Shown in pieces: positions 31,437 through 41,011 of a stretch of 64,000 bases of DNA. The first letter of the stretch is position 1. Every line of letters begins with the position of its first letter. The DNA lies in contig OZ250150.1 in the NCBI GenBank assembly GCA_965237675.1, positions 2,720,001 to 2,784,000 on the forward strand, in the 5' to 3' direction. The DNA is from Candidatus Latescibacterota bacterium (GTDB lineage Bacteria; Latescibacterota; UBA2968; GCA-2709665). The translations under genes and the position numbers were made by a program. The notes below the pieces were generated by a model that worked only from the letters and a program-made list of their open reading frames with translations, did no database searches and had not been told where the DNA came from.

Positions 31437-33791
31437 ATGAGAAAGGAACCGAACGCAGTAAAGGAGGATCCGCAGCATGGATCGGACCTGGCGAATCAGG
31501 TCTGCGGTGTGCTGCTCATCGCGGTTGCGCTGTTGATGGCGGTAAGCCTGGTTTCGTATTCGCCTCAAGATCCGCCGAATTCGAGCCGCGCGCCGGAACT
31601 GACGGAGAATATGGCGGGATGGATCGGCAGTCAGATCTCCTACTATCTTCTGTTTGTGGTGGGCCAGGGCGCGTTTGTTCTCGTCGCCGTGGTTCTCATG
31701 TGGGGCTGGAATCGTTTCAGAGGCCTGCCCATTCTGCCTCTTGTCTCGACTAGTCTGGCGCTGGTGGCCATGGTGGTGGTCTATTGCGGCGCAACGGGCG
31801 TGCCGTCGCGGGGGGAAACCCATCTGTCGTTCTTGATGGGCGGATGGCTGGGAGTTGCCCTGGCGTCCAGGATTCTGGTTCCCTATCTGGGCTTTGTCGG
31901 GTCCTATATTCTGTTGAGCGCCCTGTTTCTGGTGTTTCTGATGATCCTGACCCGCCTGCCTTTTTCCCGAATTCCGGATTTGATTTTGGCAGGCGCAAGG
32001 CGAATTCAGACGGGGCTGACCGGCCGGTCCACGAGTCGGCGTCTGGCCAGGCGGCAGAAGCAGGAGCGGCGCGAAGCGGAACGTACGGAACGTATCCTGC
32101 TCGAGGACACGGAAGAAGCCGGGCGCGAGACCGAGTCGGAACCCCTTGGCGATCCCGACGCAGCCGCCACCGAGCCGTCTCTCTTGTACGAAGACGAGAC
32201 GGGCGAGTCGGAAGAGGGACCGGCGGTTTCTCTCGACCCCGGCATCGTTGCCGACCCCGTGGAAATACCCAGGTCGACCGGACGGAAGACGACGGCGGAG
32301 AAGCGGCGGTCCGAGGATGTGCCGTATCAGCTGCCGGACCTGGAGTTGCTGAATGAACCCACCGAAGCGCAAGAGGGCCCCGACCGGTCGTTTCTGCTGG
32401 AAGGGGCGCAGACCCTCGAACACAGCCTCAGCAGTTTTGGTATCGAGGGTAAGGTGGTACAGGTGAATCCGGGTCCTGTGGTTACCGGATACGAGGTACA
32501 GCCACCCCGCGGGGTGAAGGTGAACCGCATTGTCAATCTTTCGGACGACCTCGCGCTGGTGATGAAGGCGCGGAGTATCCGGATTCAGGCGCCGATTCCC
32601 GGCAAGGCGGCCGTGGGCATTGAGGTGCCGAATGCGAATCCTTCAACTGTCTTCCTGAGAGAGATTCTGGAATCCGACGCCTTTCAGGGTGCGGATGACA
32701 AGCTGATGTTGGCGCTGGGCAAGTCCGCCACCGGAGAATCCGTCTGCGCGAACCTGGCTTCCATGCCGCACCTGTTGATTGCCGGCGCTACGGGAAGCGG
32801 GAAATCGGTATGCGTCAATGCTCTGATTACCAGCATCCTGGTGCGGTGCAGCCCCGAGGAGGTCCGCTTCATCATGGTGGATCCGAAGATGCTGGAACTG
32901 GCGATCTACAACAGCATTCCACATCTGCTGGCGCCGGTTGTCACGGAACCTCAAAAAGCGTCCGAGGCGTTGAGGTGGGCTGTGTCGGAGATGGAAGACC
33001 GTTATCGAAATCTGGCGCAGTACAAAGTACGGAATATCACGGATTTCAACAACAGGCTGGAAAAGATGCGCGCGGAGGCGGAGTCCGAAGAAGACAAGGA
33101 GGAAGTTCCCCCGTTGTTGCCCTATATCGTGGTTGTGGTCGACGAACTCGCGGATCTGATGATGACGGCGCCCGCTGATATCGAGGATTCCCTGGCCCGG
33201 TTGGCGCAGATGGCGCGTGCAGTTGGCATCCATCTAATCCTGGCGACACAGCGGCCGTCTGTAAATGTGATAACGGGCACGATCAAGGCGAACTTTCCGT
33301 CGCGCATTGCATTTCGGGTGGCATCCAAGGTGGATTCGCGTACAATCCTGGATTGCAACGGCGCCGAGAAGCTTCTGGGGCGTGGCGATATGCTCTTTAT
33401 GCCGGCGGGCAAGCCGGAGCCCATACGCGTCCACGGCGCGAATTTGACAACGGAGGAGACGGAACGTCTTGTGGAATGTGCGGGTGGCCAGGGCGTAGTA
33501 CTCGAGCAACTGGACCTGGGCGTGGACGAAAACGAACTGATGCTTGCCGAGGGGGCCCGCGACAAGCGGTTCGACGAAGCGCTTCGTCTGGTCGTTACCC
33601 ATCAGCAGGGCTCGGCCTCATTGCTCCAGCGCCGCATGAAGGTGGGGTATGCCCGCGCCGCGCGTCTGGTGGATGAATTGGAACAGGCCGGAATTGTCGG
33701 TCCGTCGGACGGGAGCAGCAAGGGACGGGAGGTGCTTGTCGGCCTGGAGTATCTGGAACGGCACGAAGAGGATGAACTGGATGCGGTATGA
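31437..33791 (+). CDS. ftsK: DNA translocase FtsK
   Basis: 4-TM N-terminus, PHLLIAGATGSGKS, DELADLM, ATQRPS, gamma domain LQRRMKVGYARAAR. Confidence 0.96.
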   Translation: MRKEPNAVKEDPQHGSDLANQVCGVLLIAVALLMAVSLVSYSPQDPPNSSRAPELTENMAGWIGSQISYYLLFVVGQGAFVLVAVVLMWGWNRFRGLPILPLVSTSLALVAMVVVYCGATGVPSRGETHLSFLMGGWLGVALASRILVPYLGFVGSYILLSALFLVFLMILTRLPFSRIPDLILAGARRIQTGLTGRSTSRRLARRQKQERREAERTERILLEDTEEAGRETESEPLGDPDAAATEPSLLYEDETGESEEGPAVSLDPGIVADPVEIPRSTGRKTTAEKRRSEDVPYQLPDLELLNEPTEAQEGPDRSFLLEGAQTLEHSLSSFGIEGKVVQVNPGPVVTGYEVQPPRGVKVNRIVNLSDDLALVMKARSIRIQAPIPGKAAVGIEVPNANPSTVFLREILESDAFQGADDKLMLALGKSATGESVCANLASMPHLLIAGATGSGKSVCVNALITSILVRCSPEEVRFIMVDPKMLELAIYNSIPHLLAPVVTEPQKASEALRWAVSEMEDRYRNLAQYKVRNITDFNNRLEKMRAEAESEEDKEEVPPLLPYIVVVVDELADLMMTAPADIEDSLARLAQMARAVGIHLILATQRPSVNVITGTIKANFPSRIAFRVASKVDSRTILDCNGAEKLLGRGDMLFMPAGKPEPIRVHGANLTTEETERLVECAGGQGVVLEQLDLGVDENELMLAEGARDKRFDEALRLVVTHQQGSASLLQRRMKVGYARAARLVDELEQAGIVGPSDGSSKGREVLVGLEYLERHEEDELDAV

Positions 33792-33881
33792 ATTCCCGGT
33801 TGCGAACGGTGAAGGGCAACGTGCGACGGGCGAGGGGGTGCCCGTCGTGCTTCTGCCGGCGGTTTACACGAGGTGAGGCAC

Positions 33882-34541
33882 ATGTCCGCTGGACGGCTGA
33901 ACGTTCTGTTTCTGGTGGGCGCGGTCCTGATACCCGCGGACCTGTGGGGCATTGACGGGCGGGAAGTGATTCGCCGGCAGCAACAGCGTTATGAGAAACT
34001 CACGAGCATATCCGCACGGTTCAAGAAATACCACTACTGGAAACTCGTAGATCAGAAGACCGAACTGAGTGGTAACCTGTATGTGCAGAAACCGAATCGA
34101 TTTCGTTTCGAGACACGGGTGCAGACGGTAGTTTCGGACGGGGAGAGCGCCTGGAACTACACCCCGGAAAACGAGCAGGTGTTGTTGACCGGTTACGACC
34201 GGACAAAGGGCGACCGGAGTTACGAGAAGCTGCTATTCGACCTCATTCTGCTGGGAGGATACGAGGATCGCTACGTACCCCGGCTTGCCGGGGAGGAACG
34301 CGTGGACGGCAGGGGCTGTTATCGCGTGGAATTGACGGCCCGGCAGGAGGAGAGTTATATCGCCCGTGTCCGGCTGTGGGTAGACAGGAAGCTCTGGCTG
34401 GTCCGTCGGGCGGAGTATCTGAATCTGAACGAAGATGTGACCACCTACGAGATTTCCCGTTTGAAGGTGGACGGAAAACTGAAGCCGGATGTGTTCACTT
34501 TCGTGCCGCCGGAGGGCGTCGAGGTGATTGATTTGAGGTGA
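33882..34541 (+). CDS. lolA: Outer-membrane lipoprotein carrier LolA
   Basis: G.LY.QKPNRFR, VVSDG...W.Y.PENEQV, F.F.PPEGVEVID; follows ftsK. Confidence 0.8.
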   Translation: MSAGRLNVLFLVGAVLIPADLWGIDGREVIRRQQQRYEKLTSISARFKKYHYWKLVDQKTELSGNLYVQKPNRFRFETRVQTVVSDGESAWNYTPENEQVLLTGYDRTKGDRSYEKLLFDLILLGGYEDRYVPRLAGEERVDGRGCYRVELTARQEESYIARVRLWVDRKLWLVRRAEYLNLNEDVTTYEISRLKVDGKLKPDVFTFVPPEGVEVIDLR

Positions 34542-34655
34542 TTCGGGGATCGGAAGCGGGGAACGAGGCGTCGGACAGAACCGGCCGAACGAATCGTCGC
34601 GGAAGGGGATGTACCCCGGCACCGGTTCTTTCACAACTGAAAGGAGTTCGCGTTT

Positions 34656-35772
34656 ATGGCTGTGGATATGCAATTTACCGACATGAAATCCAGCTTGGCC
34701 GAATGCCGGGATCGGCTGGAAAACCTCCGGAGGCATCTTTGACCTGGGATCCCGGGAAGCCCACATTGCCGAACTGGAAAGCTTGATGGAGCGTCCGGGA
34801 TTCTGGGACGATCGGGAACGGGCAAGGCAGATTATCGATGAAGTGAATGGTCATAAGGATTGGGTAACCGGATGGCGGGGGCTGGATGAGCGGCTGGTGG
34901 AACTGGATGAGTTCTACCATCTGGCCCGCGAAGAGCAGGACGAAGAGACACTGCGGGATCTCCACCGGGAACAGCGGGCGCTGGAAGGGGCGCTTGAAGA
35001 ACTGGAGTTCCGGCATATGATGGGCGAGAAGGAGGATCGCCTGAATGCAATTCTGACGATCCATCCCGGTGCGGGCGGTACGGAATCGGCCGACTGGGCG
35101 CAGATGCTGATGAGGATGTACAGCCGGTGGGCCGAGCGACGCGGTTTCCAGGCGGACGTGCTGGATCTTCTTCCAGGGGAAACGGCTGGAATCAAGAGCG
35201 TGGCTATTGAGATGACGGGCGAGTACGCATACGGTTACCTGAAGTCTGAAATGGGCGTGCACCGGTTGGTTCGGCTGTCTCCGTTCGATTCCGGCGGCAG
35301 GCGTCACACGTCGTTTGCGTCGGTCTCCGTGTATCCCGAGGCGGAGGGCGATATCGAGGTGGAAATCCGGCCGGAGGATATCCGCGTGGATACCTATCGG
35401 TCCAGTGGGGCGGGTGGACAGCATGTGAACAAGACCGATTCAGCGGTACGGATTACACACCATCCGACGGGCATCGTGGTTCAGTGTCAGAACGAACGGT
35501 CGCAACACAAGAATCGAAACTCCGCGATGAAGATTCTTAAGGCCAGGTTGTATCAGCACTACAAGGAGAAGGAGGAGAAAGCCCGTGCGGAGATTGAGCG
35601 GGACAAGAAAAAGATCGAGTTCGGCAGCCAGGTCCGAAACTACGTATTTCATCCCTATCAGCTCGTTAAAGACCTTCGGACCGAGTTCGAAACATCCGGT
35701 GTTCAGGACGTAATGGACGGGGGGCTGGACGAATTCATGCGGGCGTTTCTCGAGCAGAAAGGCGGGACCTAA
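34656..35772 (+). CDS. prfB: Peptide chain release factor 2 (programmed +1 frameshift)
   Basis: GGAGG-CAT-CTT-TGA-C slippery site at 34737-34743; SPF and GGQ motifs in the +1 frame. Confidence 0.96.
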
Positions 35773-35789
35773 CTTAACGGCCAAAGGGC

Positions 35790-35818
35790 TTGACTTCCCT
35801 ATTTGTATTGATTATAAT
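35790..35818 (+). promoter_or_regulatory. Sigma70 promoter for lysS
   Basis: TTGACT-N17-TATAAT. Confidence 0.7.
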
Positions 35819-35891
35819 ATTTTCGGGTGTCGGACCCGGCCGCTGGCGGTAACAGATCAACCGGTTATTTTTTGTATTGGGAGGAATCCGT

Positions 35892-37436
35892 TTGGCTCAG
35901 GCAGGGGCGTCTTCCGCCCCGGAAGCGCAACTGGTTGCCCAGCGTTTGCAGAAGCTGGAGGCGATTCGAGAGATGGGCGTGGAGCCCTATCCGTATCGGT
36001 TCGACGTGACCCATCGCTCCGGGGAAGTCAGGGAGACGTTTCAGAAGCTTGAACAGGACGGGCGGGAAGTGACGGTGGCGGGGCGTCTCATGGCCAGAAG
36101 GGACCATGGCAAGTCGGCCTTTGCCGATCTTCTGGATGAAACGGGCCGGATTCAGATCTACGTAAGACGGGATGCGGTGGGGGAAAAGGCGTTCGATCTT
36201 TGGAAATTGCTCGATATTGGAGATTTCGTCGGGGTCGAGGGACCCGTATTTCGAACCCGAACGGGCGAGATGACCTTGAAGGTGCACGCGTTGGAACTGC
36301 TTTCCAAGGCCATTCGGCCGCTGCCGGTCCCCAAGGAAGAGGTGAAAGACGGGCAGCGGGTTGTCCACGATGCCTTCACCGACCCTGAACTGCGATACCG
36401 CCGCCGGTACCTGGACCTGACGTTGAATCCCGACGTGAAGGACGTGTTTCGCAAGCGGACGGCGACCTTTACCGCCATTCGCAATTTTTTTGACGCCCGC
36501 GGGTTCCTCGAGGCCGACACGCCGGTATTGCAGCCGCTTTATGGCGGCGCTTCGGCGCGGCCGTTCACGACCCATCACAATGCGCTCGACATGAAGCTCT
36601 ATCTGCGGATTTCGAACGAGCTTTATCTGAAGCGCCTGATCGTGGGCGGATTTGAAAGAGTTTACGAATTCAGCCGGGATTTCCGCAACGAAGGAATCGA
36701 CCGCACGCACAATCCCGAATTCACCATGCTGGAAGCCTATCAGGCGTACGCCGATTATACCGACATGATGGCGCTGACCGAGTCGCTGTTTGTATCGGTC
36801 GCCCAAACGGTTACGGGCGCGAGCACGGTCGTTTATCAGGGGCAGGAGATTGATCTTAGCCCGCCGTGGCGGAGGATGACCCTTCTAGACGCCATCAAAG
36901 CCTACGGCAATTTCGACGTGGCCGACGCTTCGGAGGAGGAATTGAGGAATATCTGCCGAAGCCTGGAACTTGAGGTGGACTCCCGCGCGCAGCGCGGTCA
37001 TCTGATGGATGAGATCTTTGAGGCGGTCGTACAGCCCCACCTGATTCAACCCACGTTCATTACGGATTACCCTGTGGAGATGTCGCCGTTGGCCAAGCGG
37101 CACCGGGAACACGCGGAACTCACGGAACGTTTCGAGCCGTTTATCTGCGGATGGGAGGCGGCCAACGCATTTTCTGAACTCAACGATCCCATCGACCAGC
37201 GGAAACGGTTCGCATACCAGGCCTCGTTGCGGGAAAAAGGGGACGAGGAGGCGCAGGTTTTAGACGCCGATTTCCTGAGGGCGATGGAATATGGCATGCC
37301 GCCTATGGGCGGAATGGGGTTTGGCGTGGACCGGCTTGTGATGCTTCTCACCGATGCGCGTTCAATTCGGGACGTGATTCTGTTTCCGCATATGCGTCCC
37401 GAGGAGGGCCGCTCGGAGATAGACGGAGATGCGTAG
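35892..37436 (+). CDS. lysS: Lysine--tRNA ligase (class II)
   Basis: RYRRRYLDL, GGASARPFTTHHN, FRNEG, HNPEFT, EYGMPP.GG.G.GVDRL. Confidence 0.97.
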   Translation: MAQAGASSAPEAQLVAQRLQKLEAIREMGVEPYPYRFDVTHRSGEVRETFQKLEQDGREVTVAGRLMARRDHGKSAFADLLDETGRIQIYVRRDAVGEKAFDLWKLLDIGDFVGVEGPVFRTRTGEMTLKVHALELLSKAIRPLPVPKEEVKDGQRVVHDAFTDPELRYRRRYLDLTLNPDVKDVFRKRTATFTAIRNFFDARGFLEADTPVLQPLYGGASARPFTTHHNALDMKLYLRISNELYLKRLIVGGFERVYEFSRDFRNEGIDRTHNPEFTMLEAYQAYADYTDMMALTESLFVSVAQTVTGASTVVYQGQEIDLSPPWRRMTLLDAIKAYGNFDVADASEEELRNICRSLELEVDSRAQRGHLMDEIFEAVVQPHLIQPTFITDYPVEMSPLAKRHREHAELTERFEPFICGWEAANAFSELNDPIDQRKRFAYQASLREKGDEEAQVLDADFLRAMEYGMPPMGGMGFGVDRLVMLLTDARSIRDVILFPHMRPEEGRSEIDGDA

Positions 37437-38118
37437 CTTGCTGGAGGCTGCGGACCTGGTTAAGCATTACCGGGTCGGCTGTTCGGAAATACAGGTGCTC
37501 AAAGGCGTCGCCCTTTCCCTCGCGCAAGGCGAGGTGGTTGCGGTGGTTGGCCCTTCAGGCGTCGGGAAGAGCACGCTGCTGCACATTCTGGGTGGGCTGG
37601 ATCGCCCGACCCGTGGAACGGTTTGTGTCGACGGTATCGATGTCTTCGCACTGTCAGACACGGAGCGGGCACGGTTCCGAAACGAGTCGGTGGGGTTTGT
37701 ATTTCAGTTTCACCATTTGTTGAACGATTTTACCGCTGAAGAAAACGTGATGCTGCCCCTGATGATCCGGGGACGACCCGTGTCCGAAGCCCAGGCCGCA
37801 GCCGATGATCTGTTGAATTCCGTGGGGCTCTTCGAGCGCCGCCACCATCTGCCCTCGGAACTGTCCGGCGGAGAATCGCAGCGCATAGCCGTTGCCCGCG
37901 CCCTGGTAGGGCGGCCCAAGCTGGTGCTGGCGGACGAACCTTCGGGCAATCTCGACGTGGAACACAGCAGAGAACTGCACGATCTGATCTGGAACCTGGC
38001 CAGCAGTCTGAAACAGGCTTTTTTGATCGCCACGCACGACCAGACGCTGGCCGCCAGGGCCGATCGGATCATTCGCATGGAAGACGGAAAAATCGTCCAG
38101 GAAGGGCAAAGCGGCTAG
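37429..38118 (+). CDS. lolD: Lipoprotein-releasing ABC transporter ATPase
   Basis: GPSGVGKSTLLH.LGGLD, GFVFQFHHLL, LSGGE.QR, ADEP.GNLD. Confidence 0.88.
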   Translation: MRSLLEAADLVKHYRVGCSEIQVLKGVALSLAQGEVVAVVGPSGVGKSTLLHILGGLDRPTRGTVCVDGIDVFALSDTERARFRNESVGFVFQFHHLLNDFTAEENVMLPLMIRGRPVSEAQAAADDLLNSVGLFERRHHLPSELSGGESQRIAVARALVGRPKLVLADEPSGNLDVEHSRELHDLIWNLASSLKQAFLIATHDQTLAARADRIIRMEDGKIVQEGQSG

Positions 38119-38221
38119 TGCCGGGCCCTGCGGACAAGGTGTCAATTTAACCGAAAGCCTCATCGGGCAGTCGAGACATGACCCACGGGTCACGTCAGAG
38201 GGTCCAGAGGAGACGAATCCC

Positions 38222-40693
38222 ATGAATAGCAGGTTCTCGGATCGGGTGAAACGGGTGATGCGGCTGGTACGCGAAGAGGCCGCCCGGCTTGGCAATAATC
38301 ATATCAGCAGCGAGCATCTATTGCTCGGCATTATCCGGGAGGGAAAGGGTTCGGCCGTCAATGTGATGTTGAACCTGGGATTGAATCTGGATAAGATCAA
38401 AGGGTCAATCGACGACTATGTCGCATATTCCGGCGGGTCGATGACGATGGGCGACGTGCCCTTCACGCCACGGGCGAAACAGATTCTTGAAATTGCGGCT
38501 ACCGAAGCCAAAGAGATGAAGAGCCAATATGTTCGAACCTGTCATCTGCTGGTGGCGCTGGTGAAGGACAAAGAGACGATTGCCGCGCAGATTCTCGTAG
38601 GGTTTGGTGTCGACTATAAGACCGTGAAGGAGGAGGTGATTGCTGTTTTGCAGGGGAAACCGACGGGTAAACGCGAAAAGAAGAAAAGCAAGACCCCCTA
38701 TCTGGATCATTTCGGTCGCGATCTGACGGAACTGGCGCGCGAAGGCAAGCTGGATCCGGTCATTGGCAGAGAGCGGGAGATCGAACGGGTGTCTCAGGTG
38801 CTCAGCCGGCGCAAAAAGAACAACCCGGTGCTGATCGGCGAACCCGGGGTGGGGAAAACGGCCATCGTCGAAGGACTTGCCCAACGCATCGTGGAGCGCC
38901 GCGTGCCCCAGTTGTTGGCAGACAAACGCATGGTTACGCTGGATATGGGCGGCATGGTCGCGGGCACCAAATACCGGGGTCAATTCGAAGAGCGCATCAA
39001 GGCGGTGATGAACGAACTTCAGCAGAGCCAGGACGTGATTATCTTTATCGACGAGTTACATACCATCGTGGGCGCCGGAAGTGCCGAGGGAACCCTGGAC
39101 GCCTCCAATATGTTCAAACCGGCGTTTTCGCGAGGCGAACTTCAGTGCATAGGCGCAACGACGTTGGACGAATACCGAAAATATATCGAGAAGGACGGCG
39201 CGTTGGAACGGCGTTTTCAGACCATCCTGGTCGATTCGCCCTCGGTGGACGACGCAATTGATATCCTCAAGGGCCTGAAGGAAAGATTCGAAACCCACCA
39301 TATGGTAACCTATACGGAAGACGCCGTTGAGAGCGCCGTCCGTATGGCCGACCGGTATATCAGCGACCGGCACCTGCCGGACAAAGCAATCGACGTAATC
39401 GATGAAACAGGATCCCGTGTGCGCCTCGGCCGGTTGAATCCGCCCGAAGAAATCAAGGCACTTGAACTGGAAATCGAGGACATTACAAGGCAGAAAAACG
39501 CGGCTGCAAACAGCCAGCAGTTCGAAGAGGCCGCCAAACTCAGAGACCAGGAGCGGAAGCTGAAGGAACAGGTCGATGAAATGCGGCAGGAGTGGGAGCA
39601 GAAGGTTCGTGACGAAGTGGTGGAGGTGACGGATCAGGATATCGCGGAAGTGATTTCCAGCATGACGGGGATTCCCGCGTTCCGGCTGGCTCAGGAGGAG
39701 TCCGAGAAGCTGCTTCGCATGGGAGACACGATGAAGAGCCGGGTGGTCGGCCAGAGCGAAGCGGTGGACACGGTCTGCCGCTCCATCCGGCGCACACGAG
39801 CCGGACTGAAGGACCCGAATCGCCCGATCGGCACGTTTCTCTTTCTGGGACCGACGGGTGTGGGCAAAACCTATTTGGCGCAGGCGCTCGCCAAGTGCCT
39901 GTTCGACGACGAGGAAACGCTCATCACGGTAGATATGTCGGAGTACATGGAGAAATTCGCGGTGTCCCGTCTTATCGGCGCGCCACCTGGTTATGTGGGT
40001 TACGACGAGGGCGGCCAACTGACCGAAAAGGTTCGCAGAAAACCCTATTCGGTGGTTCTTCTGGACGAGATTGAAAAGGCCCATCCGGATGTATTCAACC
40101 TGCTTTTGCAGGTCCTCGACGAGGGACGCCTGACCGATAGTTTTGGCCGAAAAGTCAACTTCAAGAATACGATATTGATTATGACCTCCAATCTCGGAAC
40201 GCGAGACCTGGCGAAGGCCGGGGGGCTCGGATTCAAGCGGTCCGGCAGAAAGAGCATTCGGGAGAAGATCAAGGAGCGTGTTGAAGAGGAACTCAAAAAG
40301 ACGTTCAATCCCGAGTTCCTGAATCGGCTCGACGAAATGGTGGTCTTCAATCCCCTCGATCGAAAAGAGATTATCCAGATTGTGGACCTCGAAATCGCTG
40401 AAATATTCGATCGCCTCAAGGAGAGGGATATAACAATCAGCCTCACACCCGGAGCCAAGGCGCTTCTGGCGGAAAAGGGGTACGACCCCACTTACGGAGC
40501 GCGTCAGCTGAAACGCACCATTCAGAAGTTGGTGGAAGATCCGATGGCGGAAGAGATATTACAGGGCAAGTACACGGCGGGGAGCGCGGTGCGCGTCAGC
40601 AAGAAGGGTGACGGGCTCAATTTTGTGGATGCCAGCGGAGTCGCCCGAGCCGCCGCCGCCCAAGAAGTGGTGGACCGTGTTACGGAGGATTGA
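38222..40693 (+). CDS. clpC: ATP-dependent Clp protease ATPase ClpC
   Basis: Clp-N repeats, [11 protein letters not shown] coiled coil, [11 protein letters not shown] ClpP-binding loop. Confidence 0.95.
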   Translation: MNSRFSDRVKRVMRLVREEAARLGNNHISSEHLLLGIIREGKGSAVNVMLNLGLNLDKIKGSIDDYVAYSGGSMTMGDVPFTPRAKQILEIAATEAKEMKSQYVRTCHLLVALVKDKETIAAQILVGFGVDYKTVKEEVIAVLQGKPTGKREKKKSKTPYLDHFGRDLTELAREGKLDPVIGREREIERVSQVLSRRKKNNPVLIGEPGVGKTAIVEGLAQRIVERRVPQLLADKRMVTLDMGGMVAGTKYRGQFEERIKAVMNELQQSQDVIIFIDELHTIVGAGSAEGTLDASNMFKPAFSRGELQCIGATTLDEYRKYIEKDGALERRFQTILVDSPSVDDAIDILKGLKERFETHHMVTYTEDAVESAVRMADRYISDRHLPDKAIDVIDETGSRVRLGRLNPPEEIKALELEIEDITRQKNAAANSQQFEEAAKLRDQERKLKEQVDEMRQEWEQKVRDEVVEVTDQDIAEVISSMTGIPAFRLAQEESEKLLRMGDTMKSRVVGQSEAVDTVCRSIRRTRAGLKDPNRPIGTFLFLGPTGVGKTYLAQALAKCLFDDEETLITVDMSEYMEKFAVSRLIGAPPGYVGYDEGGQLTEKVRRKPYSVVLLDEIEKAHPDVFNLLLQVLDEGRLTDSFGRKVNFKNTILIMTSNLGTRDLAKAGGLGFKRSGRKSIREKIKERVEEELKKTFNPEFLNRLDEMVVFNPLDRKEIIQIVDLEIAEIFDRLKERDITISLTPGAKALLAEKGYDPTYGARQLKRTIQKLVEDPMAEEILQGKYTAGSAVRVSKKGDGLNFVDASGVARAAAAQEVVDRVTED

Positions 40694-40748
40694 AACGGCG
40701 CATGGGCGTGTTGTCGGTTTTGTCCTGGTTTTACTGCGATCATGACCC

Positions 40749-40781
40749 ATTGGGTCCGGACGTACGCCCGGACCCAATTTT
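40749..40781 (+). terminator. Candidate intrinsic terminator after clpC
   Basis: ATTGGGTCCGG-N8-CCGGACCCAAT followed by TTT. Confidence 0.5.
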
Positions 40782-40799
40782 GCCGTACAGGCCCCGAAC

Positions 40800-40996
40800 T
40801 AGTGTCCCGTCCCCGACAATATTTCACCATTCATCCGCCGATTCATCCCGTCTCGCTACGTTGCTTGCGCTGAGCTTGTCGAAGTGCCTTCGCTCGGCGA
40901 CCTCGCTCAGGCGCCGGTTCCTGAGCCTGTCGAAGGATGCGAGCCGGGCGACTCGACGGCCGAATTTAGGCAATCTATTTCAGGGACAGAACACTA
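40800..40996. mobile_element. MITE family A, copy 2
   Basis: TAGTGTCCCGTCCC...GGGACAGAACACTA; core CTCGCTCAGGCGCCGGTTCCTGAGCCTGTCGAAGGATGCGAGCC... identical to copy 1. Confidence 0.78.
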
Positions 40997-41011
40997 ACAG
41001 GAACTTTTGAT

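Noticed and set aside
34737-34743. prfB frameshift as a novelty or a pseudogene
   Set aside because: It is the canonical autoregulatory CTT-TGA-C +1 frameshift with an upstream SD sequence.
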